Assembly: GCA_003151825.1 (NCBI GenBank)
Contig: PLYO01000010.1
Location: 693 to 64,692, forward strand
DNA: 64,000 bases
DNA from: Ignavibacteriota bacterium
Lineage (GTDB): Bacteria; Bacteroidota; Ignavibacteria; Palsa-1295
Reading direction: 5' to 3'
Positions 45,701 through 53,594 of this stretch are shown one piece after another (positions within the stretch are counted from its first letter, which is position 1; each line of letters opens with the position of its first letter). The notes below the pieces were generated by a model. That model ran no database searches. It was not told the origin of the DNA and worked only from the letters and a program-made list of their open reading frames with translations. The position numbers and the translations under genes are program-made.

Positions 45701-45984
45701 AAAAGAGTGTAAGACCCGGTCCACTCATAGTAGTAAATCGAATCAATTGTAAAAGGGCCATTACCATCACTAATGAGGCCGCCATAATAGTCATATTGAC
45801 CATAATTGAATGTTCCGCTCCCGTTTTGGAGTTTCACGTACTGACCCACCGATGTAGGCGGGTTGATGAGCAGCGCGAGGAGGGCTACGCTACCGGTAAT
45901 CGCTAAACGCTTGATAATACGCCTTGCAGCCACAGCCGTAATAGCGTTAAAAACCGTCGAAAAAGCATTTTTAAGACCCATCAT
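42703..45984 (-). CDS. Large secreted protein with T9SS C-terminal sorting domain (FN3/Ig-like repeats likely)
   Basis: 1093 aa. N-terminal hydrophobic signal (ITGSVALLALLINPPTSVGQ). CTD LQVWPNPTTGKGALSFTL...LAPGTYYCRISANGVVESKQMTIER. No catalytic motif recognised. Confidence 0.85.
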   Translation of the reverse strand: MMGLKNAFSTVFNAITAVAARRIIKRLAITGSVALLALLINPPTSVGQYVKLQNGSGTFNYGQYDYYGGLISDGNGPFTIDSIYYYEWTGSYTLFSGNTEKGYTPQHIDDGGTAVSCSYDTFYDGYSGYDQNGVYYDYYTFYSASFSYTKDDVRIKVGALSEPEACLDSSFAARFSFHLLIDGDTSYISNYHFVVSDAAGNMINSQDIPNWLDDTIENCGIVPTAGSYTALLTDSLDPLAFLPDEGLSYIFTIEACNSNGSDSNCIYQSLCSGLPWLNFDACYADVPDNVEYPPPGGTGWQGGGGIGVIQNSGMTIVNNFLMFNGGMSIDTVNTVINADGEFYVYTVLPGGLYSGPFKLGTGTWPAFGYSCNWILPATNVVLQSTPIAGFTLRIDSINFINGGVSLGATVHIPGITIGGACSSIGTSTSDISIAPIQITSEGIGGAIHVGDVSIASGFCVKDIFGSYYSLGDSLSFGADFKTPFAELGVSTGWKNGLWNAVGINYQQVAGGVPIGVTGMLLSGARGSASGWNNPPLQCTIGGTLDEVVPNTMRWLGDLSYQAPSTLTGSMTLEYLNVSTLGWQVVSNATETLDWNNYAKFSGSIQAGTFGNGYIFNGNGNLTYTWNPAVNLIGMGNGSLAIPKVPNEDFDPISDYINSMLPLQFANVEMNLKGGVMTANISVPIIGSAHLSANLNVPSIDFGRGTIPLSIAHPAGKNQILSLPLDSITVPVNTAYVVIRIRSNGVPSASTVIDPSNKSHTNAPGDSLVQYTTDPSSNHGFWLVKNPVAGIWKLSMPGRSATDTVDAEAEPMDDPLEFTASQVGKHITLTWTPLSNGDSADVTAYLDDSSSGYTGFLVATANDKAGTLSFDLNDSLPACQYYLYAARVNGAYISQSYASLQLDNSKTSALGPTNPTFEQLNGDTVLLRWTPTASVGMLGYVIKVTDANGVDSIYGSAYVQADSAVIVVQNLQNKHISIDAYGNGIQSCWSPPISAASLVSPTTDIPAPTTLALQVWPNPTTGKGALSFTLSDQSMVRVTICNVLGQEIESPVQGTFDAGTHTSSFDLSSLAPGTYYCRISANGVVESKQMTIER

Positions 45985-46068
45985 AGTTTAATTTCTTTCG
46001 ATAATAATACAAACTTACGACAAAAATGCGCCTTGCCCGTGAAAAGCATTCCGGGCTGGGATGAAAAC

Positions 46069-46107
46069 CCGAACTTTACTTCCCGTTTTCGAGCATTCCT
46101 TTCTTTT
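46069..46107 (+). repeat. Direct repeat, left copy (duplicate of the gcvT upstream region)
   Basis: ccgaactttacttcccgttttcgagcattcctttctttt compared with 46823-46860, ccgaactttactgcccgttttttacatttcctttcttt. Roughly 80% identical. Confidence 0.7.
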
Positions 46108-46194
46108 TTCGCACGGAGTTCCCGCGCGGTACTATACCGCCGTTAATTCTGTCACATGCTCGTCTTCGTAATACCCCAAGATGATAGCCAACTA

Positions 46195-46253
46195 CCCTCT
46201 CCCCACGCAGTGGGGAGAGGGACATTCCGTCGAAGACGGAATCGGGTGAGGGG
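46195..46253. repeat. Hairpin pair, family D (ccctctccccac-gca-gtggggagaggg, then ttccgtc-gaa-gacggaa)
   Basis: A perfect 12-bp stem followed by a 7-bp stem, seen directly in the sequence. Confidence 0.8.
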
Positions 46254-46272
46254 GCGTTGCACCAAATACGAT

Positions 46273-46321
46273 CCCCCGCGCTTACGCACGGGGCTACAAA
46301 TATATCGCTCCTAACGGAGCG
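46273..46321. repeat. Family B double-hairpin unit, solo copy
   Basis: cccccgcgcttacgcacggggctacaaatatatcgctcctaacggagcg. Confidence 0.88.
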
Positions 46322-46357
46322 TTGGAATTAAGTATTGCTTTGCTAAGTTGTTTCCGC

Positions 46358-46579
46358 ATGGACTATCGTTCAATTGTGACCATCCAGTCGGGAAAGCGCG
46401 GCGGGCGTCCTTGCATCCGAGGTTTACGCATTGCCGTTGCGGATATCCTGGGCTGGCTTGCTGCTGGGATGACGCACGAGGAGATTCTGCGAGATTTTCC
46501 GGAACTGACCGAAAACGATATCCGAGCCTCCCTTGCCTACGCCGCCGACCGCGAACGCCATGTGCTGGTTGCCGCGTAA
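46358..46579 (+). CDS. DUF433-family protein (antitoxin-like)
   Basis: 73 aa from ATG 46358. GGRPCIRGLRIAVADILGWLAAGMTHEEILRDFPELTENDIRASLAYAA. Confidence 0.85.
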   Translation: MDYRSIVTIQSGKRGGRPCIRGLRIAVADILGWLAAGMTHEEILRDFPELTENDIRASLAYAADRERHVLVAA

Positions 46580-46594
46580 ACATCCACGCGCCAC

Positions 46595-46624
46595 ATGAGA
46601 TTACTCTTCGATGAGAACCTATAG
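46595..46624 (+). pseudogene. Nine-codon stump of a DUF5615/PIN-like toxin gene, cut off by a family B repeat
   Basis: ATG AGA TTA CTC TTC GAT GAG AAC CTA TAG gives MRLLFDENL-stop. MRLLFDENL is the usual N-terminus of DUF5615 partners of DUF433. The TAG lies in the first bases of the repeat cluster. Confidence 0.55.
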
Positions 46625-46819
46625 CTCCATAGGAGCGGAATCTTTGTAGCCCCGTGCGTCAGCACGGGGTTATCGTTTTTTATGAATTTAAAAGCTCCGT
46701 GGGAGCGACATATTATCCCATCTCAAGAATATGCCGCTCCTACGGAGCTTTTGGCTTTTATACGATTTCTAACCCCCGGCTCACGCCGGGGGCTACAAAT
46801 ATATTGCTCCTAACGGAGC
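46624..46819. repeat. Composite double-hairpin element, family B, cluster 2
   Basis: Same reverse unit / half / half / forward unit layout as cluster 1, but hairpin 2 is gctcc-tac-ggagc instead of gtccc-tac-gggac, and hairpin 1 has variants ccccgtgc/gcacgggg and cccccggc/gccggggg. Confidence 0.88.
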
Positions 46820-46822
46820 TAT

Positions 46823-46860
46823 CCGAACTTTACTGCCCGTTTTTTACATTTCCTTTCTTT
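46823..46860 (+). repeat. Direct repeat, right copy (immediately upstream of gcvT)
   Basis: See 46069-46107. Confidence 0.7.
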
Positions 46861-46898
46861 ATTATCCCATTTCGTCATTCATAATTCATCATTCATCA

Positions 46899-48032
46899 TT
46901 GTCATTGAAACGCACACCATTTTACGAGAAGCATGTTGCCCTTGGTGGCAAGATGGTCGAGTTTGCCGGCTATGAGATGCCGGTGCAGTATCCGAAGGGC
47001 ATTATCGCCGAGCACAAGGCCGTCCGCGAAAGCACCGAGACGACGGGCGGCGGCGTGTTCGACGTCTCGCACATGGGCGAGTTCGATGCCACCGGCCCGG
47101 ATGCGCTTAGGTTCCTGCAAACCATCACCACGAACGATGTCGCCGCGCTCATTCCCGGTCGCGCGCAATATAGCAGCCTCCCGAACGAGCGCGGAACCCT
47201 TCTCGATGATCTCATCGTCTATATGCGCGAGCCGGAGCATTATATGATCGTCGTCAACGGCGCAACATTAGATAAAGATTGGGAATGGTTCTCGAAGCAA
47301 GCTGCTAATTTTAATGTTACGCTCAGGAATGATTCCGATACGACGGCCCTGCTTGCCGTTCAGGGTAAATCCGCAAAGGGTATTTTGCAATCGCTTACCT
47401 CGGTCGATTTAGATGCGATCGAGTATTATCACTTCACGACCGGCAAGCTCGCGGGCGTGGATATGACGATCGCCCGCACCGGCTATACCGGCGAGCCGGG
47501 TTTCGAGATATTCTTCCCTAGCGATGCCGCAACCGCCAATAAAGTTTGGGATGCCGTGTTCGCCGCCGGTGCCACAGCCGGATTGCAACCCATTGGTCTC
47601 GGCGCACGAGATACGCTACGTCTTGAAATGGGTTACTGCCTCTATGGGAATGATATTACCGAAGATACGAATCCGCTCGAAGCGGGTCTTGCGTGGATCA
47701 CAAAGCTGAATAAAACGCCGGAGTGTTTGGCCTTCCCCGCTCTTCGTGCCATTAAGGAAAAGGGACTTACCCGCAAGCTCGTTGGCTTTTACGCCGATGA
47801 AAAAGGCGCGATCATGCGGCACGGCCATAAGATCATAGATGCCAATGGCACACAAATTGGCGAGGTGACGAGCGGGAATATCTCGCCCATGCTGAATAAA
47901 TCTATCGCTCTTGGGTATGTCCCGACTGAGCTTTCGAAAGATGGAACCGAAATTCTGGTCGAAGTGCGTCCCGGCAAGCGCGTGAAAGCTATCGTGCAAA
48001 AACCACCGTTCATCAAGACTGATGTAAAATGA
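46899..48032 (+). CDS. gcvT: Glycine cleavage system aminomethyltransferase (T protein)
   Basis: 377 aa with a TTG start. [45 protein letters not shown]..., [11 protein letters not shown]. Confidence 0.93.
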   Translation: MSLKRTPFYEKHVALGGKMVEFAGYEMPVQYPKGIIAEHKAVRESTETTGGGVFDVSHMGEFDATGPDALRFLQTITTNDVAALIPGRAQYSSLPNERGTLLDDLIVYMREPEHYMIVVNGATLDKDWEWFSKQAANFNVTLRNDSDTTALLAVQGKSAKGILQSLTSVDLDAIEYYHFTTGKLAGVDMTIARTGYTGEPGFEIFFPSDAATANKVWDAVFAAGATAGLQPIGLGARDTLRLEMGYCLYGNDITEDTNPLEAGLAWITKLNKTPECLAFPALRAIKEKGLTRKLVGFYADEKGAIMRHGHKIIDANGTQIGEVTSGNISPMLNKSIALGYVPTELSKDGTEILVEVRPGKRVKAIVQKPPFIKTDVK

Positions 48033-48790
48033 GCGAAGGCTTATCTCTCAACAACGTTACCATGCGCTTCGGCGGCATTACTGCCGTCGGGGAACTGGAG
48101 GCTGAAGTCGGCCCGCGCGATCTTGTCGGCCTTATCGGCCCGAACGGAGCGGGTAAGACGACCGTGTTTAATGTAATCACGGGCGTGTATTCACCCACCG
48201 TTGGTCACGTACAATTTTGCGGGGAGGAACTAAACGGACTAAAACCTAACGCGATCAGTCATCGCGGCATCGCTCGGACATTCCAGAACATCCGCCTCTT
48301 TAAAGGTATGACGGTCTTCGATAATATCCGCGTGTCGCTGACATCGCAAACTTCCTTTGGACTTTGGGGTTCCATTCTCCGTTTTGGTGGATTCTATCAG
48401 AATGAAAAAACACTCGCAATAAAGATCGAAGAATTGCTCGACATTTTTCATCTCAAGGAAGCAAAAGATGAACTTGCAACAAGCCTTCCTTACGGCGATC
48501 AGCGCCGGTTGGAAATTGTTCGCGCACTTGCGACCAAACCTAAGCTTTTGCTGCTCGATGAACCTGCTGCAGGAATGAATCCCGCCGAAAAGCAAGCGCT
48601 GATGAAGCTTATCCAGCAGATTCGCGAGCAATTCAAGATCGCGGTGCTGCTCATCGAGCACGATATGTCGCTTGTGATGGGTATTTGCGAGCGAATTTAT
48701 GTGCTCGATTACGGCCTGAAAATCGCCGAGGGAACTCCGCACGAAATTCGGAACGATCCGAAAGTGATCGAAGCATATTTGGGCGTGTAA
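48029..48790 (+). CDS. livG: LivG-type ABC ATPase (branched-chain amino-acid transporter family); no cognate permease or binding protein nearby
   Basis: 253 aa. RFGGITAV, GPNGAGKTTVFNVITGVYSPTVG, RTFQNIRLF, YGDQRRLEIVRALATKPKLLLLDEPAAGMNP, IEHDMSLVMGICERIYVLDYG, DPKVIEAYLG. ATGA overlap with gcvT. Confidence 0.88.
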   Translation: MSEGLSLNNVTMRFGGITAVGELEAEVGPRDLVGLIGPNGAGKTTVFNVITGVYSPTVGHVQFCGEELNGLKPNAISHRGIARTFQNIRLFKGMTVFDNIRVSLTSQTSFGLWGSILRFGGFYQNEKTLAIKIEELLDIFHLKEAKDELATSLPYGDQRRLEIVRALATKPKLLLLDEPAAGMNPAEKQALMKLIQQIREQFKIAVLLIEHDMSLVMGICERIYVLDYGLKIAEGTPHEIRNDPKVIEAYLGV

Positions 48791-48798
48791 CGCCTTGA

Positions 48799-49023
48799 GC
48801 TTTCGTTAGGCGCTATACCATCGCCATTGGGTTGCTGTTCGCATACGGCCTTGCGACGGATCAGACGATAGTCGATTTCATTCCCGCGCGAGCGAAAAGT
48901 AGCCGAATGCTGATTTTTAGAGGAGGGTTGTGACATGCTCGCGATCTCGATGTGAGCGGACTTCCGCAAGGGGTGTATTCCATCAGCGATGGAAAAGTGC
49001 GGGCGGAGTTCGTGAAGGAATAA
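48799..49023 (+). pseudogene. Second orphan T9SS C-terminal sorting domain, with one in-frame TGA
   Basis: My own translation: AFVRRYTIAIGLLFAYGLATDQTIVDFIPARAKSSRMLIFRGGL-TGA(48931)-HARDLDVSGLPQGVYSISDGKVRAEFVKE-stop. No cargo domain lies upstream; the livG stop is at 48790. Confidence 0.5.
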
Positions 49024-49036
49024 CTCGATGTCCCTA

Positions 49037-52000
49037 CTACTTCTTCATCAGGACCTCGACGGCCTTCTCCAACTGAAGATCACGGCCCTGCGCGACAGAT
49101 TCCGGGTCGTTGCTGACGATATAATCCGGCACAAGCTGCTGGCCTTCGAGGTATTTGTCCTTCATGTCGAGCACGCCGACTTCGGGAATGCCGAAGTAAA
49201 GGGAATTATCCTGCAGCGTCTCCCACCAGACGGCCGTCGCGGTTCCGGGCACGGGCATACCGACAATCTTTCCGATACCCAGCGCGCGATAGGCATACGG
49301 GAAAAACGAGGCGTCGCTGTAATTGCTTTCACCCACGATAAGCACGGATGGTTTCGCCCATTTCTCCGTCGGCTCGATTCCCAAATCCTGATGGCGCGGC
49401 GAAAAATGGACATATTCCTTCCCAGAAAGCAGCGTGGCGAGTTCGTCATGCAGCCATCCGCCGCCATTGAAACGCGTATCCACGATGAGCGCTTTTTTGT
49501 CGTATTCACGTCCCAACACTTCGGAATACACATGCCGGTAACTTTCATCGCCCATGCTGCGCACATCGACATATCCAATGGTTCCATGCGATAAGCTATC
49601 GACTTCCAACCTTCGCGTCTTGATCCATCGCTGATAGAGCAGCTCGTTTTCTTCGCCCAGCGTAATAGGCTTCACAATTTCTTCCCACGTCGAGTCTTTT
49701 TCTGGATTGTAAAGCACAAGCCGCGTCGGCTTGCCTGCCTTACGGTTCAAATAGAGATCGAAATCCTCTGCGGGAGTAATGTCCTGATCGTCGATTTTGA
49801 GAATGACCGTGCCGGCTTTAATTTTCGACGATGAAACATCGAGCGGCCCGCGCTCGATGACCTCCTGAATGCGGATTCCTTTGCCGGCATAACTGTTGTC
49901 GAAAAACGCGCCGAGCGAAGCGGTTGCATTCTGCTCAGGATTCGGCGGGTGGTAGCCGGAGCCAGTGTGCGAGGCATTGAGTTCCCCAAGCATTTCGCTC
50001 AACATTTCGGCGAAATCGTAATTATTATTGATATAGGGCAGAAATCGCTCGTAATTGGTTTTGTAAAATTTCCAATCCACGCCGTTCATGTTTTCGACAT
50101 AGAATTTTTTCAGCGCCTCGCGCCACACATGCTCGAACATATACGCGCGTTCGGCCGGACTATTAAGTTCCATCCCGGCCTTATAGCCGATATGCTTTTC
50201 CGCGCCGGAGCTGGTATCGACTCTCGTAATGTTGCCATTATTGAGGACATAAAGGTTCTTGCCTTCATCGTCCATCACGAGATTGCCGCCGGGCGCATCG
50301 AGCTTCGTCAGAATTTTGGTTTGGTCATCGCGAAAAATATGGACCCACAGCGCCGCGCCCTTCGGATAACTCGTGAGATAGTAGAGCCGCTCGCCATCGC
50401 GCGAAAGCACCGCGTCCGACATGCGCGAGGAATTGATAGTGAGCCGCGCGATGCGATCCTCGATATTTTTTAGATCAATAGCGATGGGTGGAATCACCTT
50501 CTTCTTCCAGGCTGTATCCGCGTCGGACTCTTTCTTCCGATCCTCTTTATTGGCCGAGGTGTCTTTCTTTTCTTTTTCCTTTTCCCCTTGTTTTGTGAGA
50601 TCGAACTCTTCCCGCGTCATGCGAAATCGGTCATACGCGGCTTGCGTGAACAACATGCCAAACACATCTGTCTCGCCGTAGTTATTGCCATGACTTCGGA
50701 GGCCCTGCCGGTCGCTGAACCAATACATCATCTTCCCATCGGCGGACCAGGTTGGACGCGAATCGTCGTAACCGCTGTTCGTCAGATTGACGATCGGTCC
50801 TTTGCCTTCGGCGTCGATCAGCCCCGCTTCGCTGGCCCAGCGGCCATGATCGAGGAACTGAACGAGGAACCATTTCCCATCCGGCGACCACTCGTACCAT
50901 TGATCGCCATCCGAATACGAATAATTATGTGTCGAATCCATGATCGTTCGAATCTCTTTCGTCTTGAGATTGATGACTTTGAGATTCGTCCGCTCTTCGA
51001 GATACGCGACTTCTTTTCCATCCGGAGAATAGTGCGGCTGGAACGTTTCCTTATCGGTCGCAATGACTGGTTCTTCCTTGAGTGTGGTCGAAGCGTAAAA
51101 ATATGGTTCCTCTTTATGCTCGATCGTCGTCTGGTAGATTTTCCAGCTATTGTTGCGCTCGCTTGTATAGAGAAGCGACCGGCCATCGGGACTGAAGGTT
51201 ACATCTCGCTCCTGCTCCGGCGTATTCGTAATGCGCTTGGTGATGTCGTAATCCATCGCAGCGACAAAGATATCGCCGCGCACGACAAACGCGAATTCCT
51301 TCCCATTCGGCGAGACCGCAAATTCCGTCGCGCTGGCGGTAAGTGTGGAGAAATTGCTCGAGTTGGATTTGTCGGTGGGCACAATATCAACTGAGACTTT
51401 AACCGGCGAGGCGCTTGCCGCCGGTAAAATGTAAATCTCGCCGTTAAAGCCAAATGCGAGCGTGCCCGTTTGCGCGATGCTCAGAAAGCGAACGGGATGC
51501 TTTTCGAACGATGTGACCTGAACCGTCTGCTCCGGATGGGCGAGCGGAAGCTTCCACACATTGAAGGAACCGCTTTTTTCCGATAGATAATAAGCTTCCG
51601 ATTCATCCGGCGACCAAACAGGATTGCGATCCTCGCCAATAAAGGTCGTGAGTTTGGTGTGATGCTTCGTCGTTCGGTCGTAAAGCCAAATATCGCGCGC
51701 GATGGAGGCCATCTCATGCTTCCGCCATTCGCTTTCGTAGCCCTTGCGGTCCTCATAAAGAATGCGGTTTCGGCTTTTGTCCATCTGGGCGTGCAGCGCG
51801 GGGGTGGTCAGCAGCTGCCGCGGCATTCCCCCATTGACCGAGACCTCATAGAGCTGCGGCAAAACGCCAACGGGGAACTGTGCGTCACGGGCATCCATCA
51901 TGCGGGAGGAAGAAAACAGAACCGAATCGCCGTTCGGCGTGAAGCCCGTTGGAACCTCATTCGCCGTATGGAGGGTGAGTTGTTTCGAAATACCGCCGGT

Positions 52001-52303
52001 CGCGGGAACAATAAAAACATCGAAGTTTCCATTCCGGTCGCTGGCATACGCAATCCATTTGCCGTCCGGCGACCAGACGGGACTAAAATCGTACGCGACA
52101 TGCGTCACGATTGCCGTTGCGCGGCCACCGGAGCTTGGCACGGTGTAAATATCGCCTTGATATTCGAAGGCGATGGTATTGCCGTCCGGCGATATTGCCG
52201 GGTACCGCATCCACAACGGATGATCGCTCACATCGGCAGTTTGAGCGAAAAGTTGAGAACTAAAAATGAAGAAAAGTAAAAAAACGAAGTAGAAACGGTG
52301 CAT
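49037..52303 (-). CDS. Tricorn-protease-like periplasmic protease (PD40 propellers + PDZ + S41 peptidase domain)
   Basis: MHRFYFVFLLFFIFSSQLFAQ signal peptide. RYPAISPDGNTIAFEYQGDIYTVPSSGG. Multiple SPDGK repeats. C-terminal S41-like region (LIVDTRFNGGGW...). The start at 52303 is preferred over 52420 or 52333. Confidence 0.88.
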   Translation of the reverse strand: MHRFYFVFLLFFIFSSQLFAQTADVSDHPLWMRYPAISPDGNTIAFEYQGDIYTVPSSGGRATAIVTHVAYDFSPVWSPDGKWIAYASDRNGNFDVFIVPATGGISKQLTLHTANEVPTGFTPNGDSVLFSSSRMMDARDAQFPVGVLPQLYEVSVNGGMPRQLLTTPALHAQMDKSRNRILYEDRKGYESEWRKHEMASIARDIWLYDRTTKHHTKLTTFIGEDRNPVWSPDESEAYYLSEKSGSFNVWKLPLAHPEQTVQVTSFEKHPVRFLSIAQTGTLAFGFNGEIYILPAASASPVKVSVDIVPTDKSNSSNFSTLTASATEFAVSPNGKEFAFVVRGDIFVAAMDYDITKRITNTPEQERDVTFSPDGRSLLYTSERNNSWKIYQTTIEHKEEPYFYASTTLKEEPVIATDKETFQPHYSPDGKEVAYLEERTNLKVINLKTKEIRTIMDSTHNYSYSDGDQWYEWSPDGKWFLVQFLDHGRWASEAGLIDAEGKGPIVNLTNSGYDDSRPTWSADGKMMYWFSDRQGLRSHGNNYGETDVFGMLFTQAAYDRFRMTREEFDLTKQGEKEKEKKDTSANKEDRKKESDADTAWKKKVIPPIAIDLKNIEDRIARLTINSSRMSDAVLSRDGERLYYLTSYPKGAALWVHIFRDDQTKILTKLDAPGGNLVMDDEGKNLYVLNNGNITRVDTSSGAEKHIGYKAGMELNSPAERAYMFEHVWREALKKFYVENMNGVDWKFYKTNYERFLPYINNNYDFAEMLSEMLGELNASHTGSGYHPPNPEQNATASLGAFFDNSYAGKGIRIQEVIERGPLDVSSSKIKAGTVILKIDDQDITPAEDFDLYLNRKAGKPTRLVLYNPEKDSTWEEIVKPITLGEENELLYQRWIKTRRLEVDSLSHGTIGYVDVRSMGDESYRHVYSEVLGREYDKKALIVDTRFNGGGWLHDELATLLSGKEYVHFSPRHQDLGIEPTEKWAKPSVLIVGESNYSDASFFPYAYRALGIGKIVGMPVPGTATAVWWETLQDNSLYFGIPEVGVLDMKDKYLEGQQLVPDYIVSNDPESVAQGRDLQLEKAVEVLMKK

Positions 52304-52420
52304 CGAAAAAAGTATTGGTGAATAACTTTGCATCCTGGCATTATCAACCAGCGAGAAAGAAATAAATGATAACGAGCGAATTGGCGCGAGGGTTACAAGA
52401 TGGATGAATATTTTTTTCAT

Positions 52421-52530
52421 GTCATTCTGAGCGGAGCAAATCTTCGCGGAGTCGAAGAATCTCTTGGGTTCCTAAAGATCCTTCGACCACGTTCGTCCTC
52501 CTTCGTCGGACGAACTTCGCTCAGGATGAC
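52421..52530. repeat. Nested-palindrome element, divergent relative of family A (GTCATTCTGAGCGGAGC ... GCTCAGGATGAC)
   Basis: Outer arms gtcattctgagcg / cgctcaggatgac. Inner arms include cggagtcgaagaatc and cttcgtcggacgaac segments. Confidence 0.8.
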
Positions 52531-52599
52531 AATCGTAAGATTAAGCATGGTGAAAACCCTGCCGAATCTAATTCATACCCATATGGTTATGCGCAAGTT

Positions 52600-53568
52600 A
52601 TGGTTAAACTCGGGAATCTAACGCTCGGCGAGAAGCTGCTTTTGCTCGCCCCGATGGAGGACGTGACGGACGTCTCGTTCCGGCTCATCATGCGCGAGCT
52701 TGGCGCCAGCGCCGTTTATACCGAGTTTATTTCGAGCGAGGCCCTCATTCGGCAGGCCGCAAAATCGGTCAAGAAGCTTGCAACTTCCCCCAAAGAGCGG
52801 CCCGTTGCGATTCAAATCTACGGCGGCGACCCGGACGTGATGCGCGAGGCCGCAATTATCTCAGAAGCGGCTGCGCCGGATTTCATCGATATTAATTGTG
52901 GCTGCTGGGTCAAAAATGTCGCCGGAAAAGGAGCGGGAGCCGGATTGCTGAAAGACCCCGCGCGAATGGAGCGGATGGTTCGTGCTGTCGTCGATGCGGT
53001 AAAACTTCCCGTGACGGTCAAGACGCGTATCGGTTGGGATCACGACACGATCAACATTCTTGAAATCGCGCCGATGCTCGAACAAGCCGGCGCGCAGGCG
53101 CTCACCATTCATTGCCGCACTCGCTCGCAAGGTCATAATGGCGAAGCAGACTGGTCGTGGATTCCCAAAATTAAAAATGTCGTTTCGATTCCTGTGTTCC
53201 TGAATGGCGATGTAAAAACTCCCGAGGACGCCGAGCGCGCCTTCCGCGAAACCGGCTGCGACGGCGTGATGATCGCGCGCGGAGCCATCACAAACCCGTT
53301 TATTTTTCAGCAGATTAACGAGCTTCGCGCAACAGGAGTCTATTCACAACCCAGCATCACGGAGCGGGTGGAACTGTGTGTGCGGCATTTGAAGCATTCC
53401 TGCCAAGTCCGCGGCGAGCAGCGCGGCGTTTTTGCGTTCCGCAAGCATTATGCCGGCTATCTCCGCGAGCTACATGGCGGCGCGAAAGTGCGCTCGGAAC
53501 TTATGCAGATTACAGAGCTTGAACGCTGCGTCGAGCGGTTGCAGTTGTTCGGCTCCGTATCCGTGTAA
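52600..53568 (+). CDS. dusB: tRNA-dihydrouridine synthase
   Basis: 322 aa. LAPMEDVTDVSFRLIMRELGASAVYTEFISSEAL, DFIDINCGCW, TVKTRIGW. Confidence 0.9.
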   Translation: MVKLGNLTLGEKLLLLAPMEDVTDVSFRLIMRELGASAVYTEFISSEALIRQAAKSVKKLATSPKERPVAIQIYGGDPDVMREAAIISEAAAPDFIDINCGCWVKNVAGKGAGAGLLKDPARMERMVRAVVDAVKLPVTVKTRIGWDHDTINILEIAPMLEQAGAQALTIHCRTRSQGHNGEADWSWIPKIKNVVSIPVFLNGDVKTPEDAERAFRETGCDGVMIARGAITNPFIFQQINELRATGVYSQPSITERVELCVRHLKHSCQVRGEQRGVFAFRKHYAGYLRELHGGAKVRSELMQITELERCVERLQLFGSVSV

Positions 53569-53594
53569 ACCTTGCATCGCCGACGATGCTTGTT

